Assembly (NCBI RefSeq): GCF_963676685.1
Contig: NC_092353.1
Coordinates: 23,870,001 to 23,934,000, forward strand
Direction: 5' to 3'
Source: Mytilus edulis
Taxonomy: Eukaryota
Length of the DNA: 64,000 nt
This document shows, one piece after another, positions 63,234 through 64,000 of the stretch. Both the position numbers and the translations under genes were made by a program. The notes beneath the pieces were generated by a model. It was not told where the DNA came from, did not search any database, and saw nothing but the letters and a program-made list of their open reading frames with translations. Position 1 is the first letter of the stretch. Every line of letters starts with the position of its first letter.

Positions 63234-64000
63234 GTACAATATTTTCGAGAACAATGTTCAGTTTCCTCATATACTCAAAATGATTATTTTTCAAAATTAT
63301 TTAAATTCATTTCTTTCTTAATATAATTATTTAAGTATTTCGGAAACATGTGATGCATATATATAATGAAAGTATTAAATTATATCAATCTGAATGCAAG
63401 AGATGCCAAAATGAAAAATAGTAGGCTATATAACGTCGAAGAGAATAGCAGAAAATAGAACAAAAAAGGAATTGATGGATGGATGCGACTTAGGACGTAT
63501 TCACACAAGGCCTAAACAAGTGTAATGACATTTTAAAAGATTGATTATAGATAAATACTGCGTTTATTTTGGAAACATTTGCATATGTATATCTCTTGGA
63601 TACTGATTTGAATTCACGTCCAACAGATTAGGTTTTTATTTCAAAAATGTTAACAATACAACTTGTGTTCAAATAACATGTTCCAAATTGGCAGCGTGAA
63701 CGCAGCATAAGTTTCAATTACTTTTCCTCAGTTTTATTTGTGCAAATCTTAGAAGAAAAACAAAGGATATGGGGTATAAATCCATGACATAAAATCAGTA
63801 CACACACAACAACACAAAAGAACAAAAAAACAGCGCTTTTATTGCTGTTCTCCATCTCCAAGTCACAATGAGGCCTTCAGCACGGAGCAAAAAGCTCTCG
63901 CCCACTTCAATTTATGACGGCCCCTAGTACCTGAATTCTTTTGCGAAAATAATGTGGATAGACTTTGTTAGACGCAACATCACATTATAAAATAAACATT

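Noticed and set aside
1-64000. Remaining 60-110 aa ORFs in the track
   Set aside because: They are low-complexity, antisense to real exons or inside repeats, with no recognisable domains or splice support.

Overview
AT-rich, intron-containing animal genomic DNA. The repeat families and gene content suggest a bivalve, probably a Mytilus mussel (inference). The ORF track misses most coding sequence because exons are short, so I spliced the genes by hand. There are two divergently transcribed tandem clusters of secreted proteins. (1) Minus strand: two paralogous VWA genes. One is complete (SP-VWA-EGF-cbEGF-VWA-VWA, 679 aa, 17129->9156); the other runs off the left edge. (2) Plus strand: three paralogous genes with an architecture I do not recognise from any named family: signal peptide - ShKT-like (7 Cys) - Ly6/uPAR three-finger - linker - ShKT-like (7 Cys) - three-finger - Thr/Pro linker - C-type lectin domain. 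Genes 1 and 2 encode 470 and 457 aa; gene 3 has gained an extra canonical ShKT exon and runs off the right edge. All five third-finger loops visible in the window carry a Gly-Lys/Arg-Arg convertase/amidation motif. In the second three-finger domain this motif brackets a possible amidated decapeptide. Introns and spacers hold at least 8 minimal type I hammerhead ribozymes with intact cores (retrozyme-like repeats), two decayed Penelope-like RT fragments, a deleted Tc1 element, hAT and pogo-like MITEs, pearl-like elements, foldbacks and a 660-bp tandem duplication. I found no rRNA, tRNA or CRISPR array.
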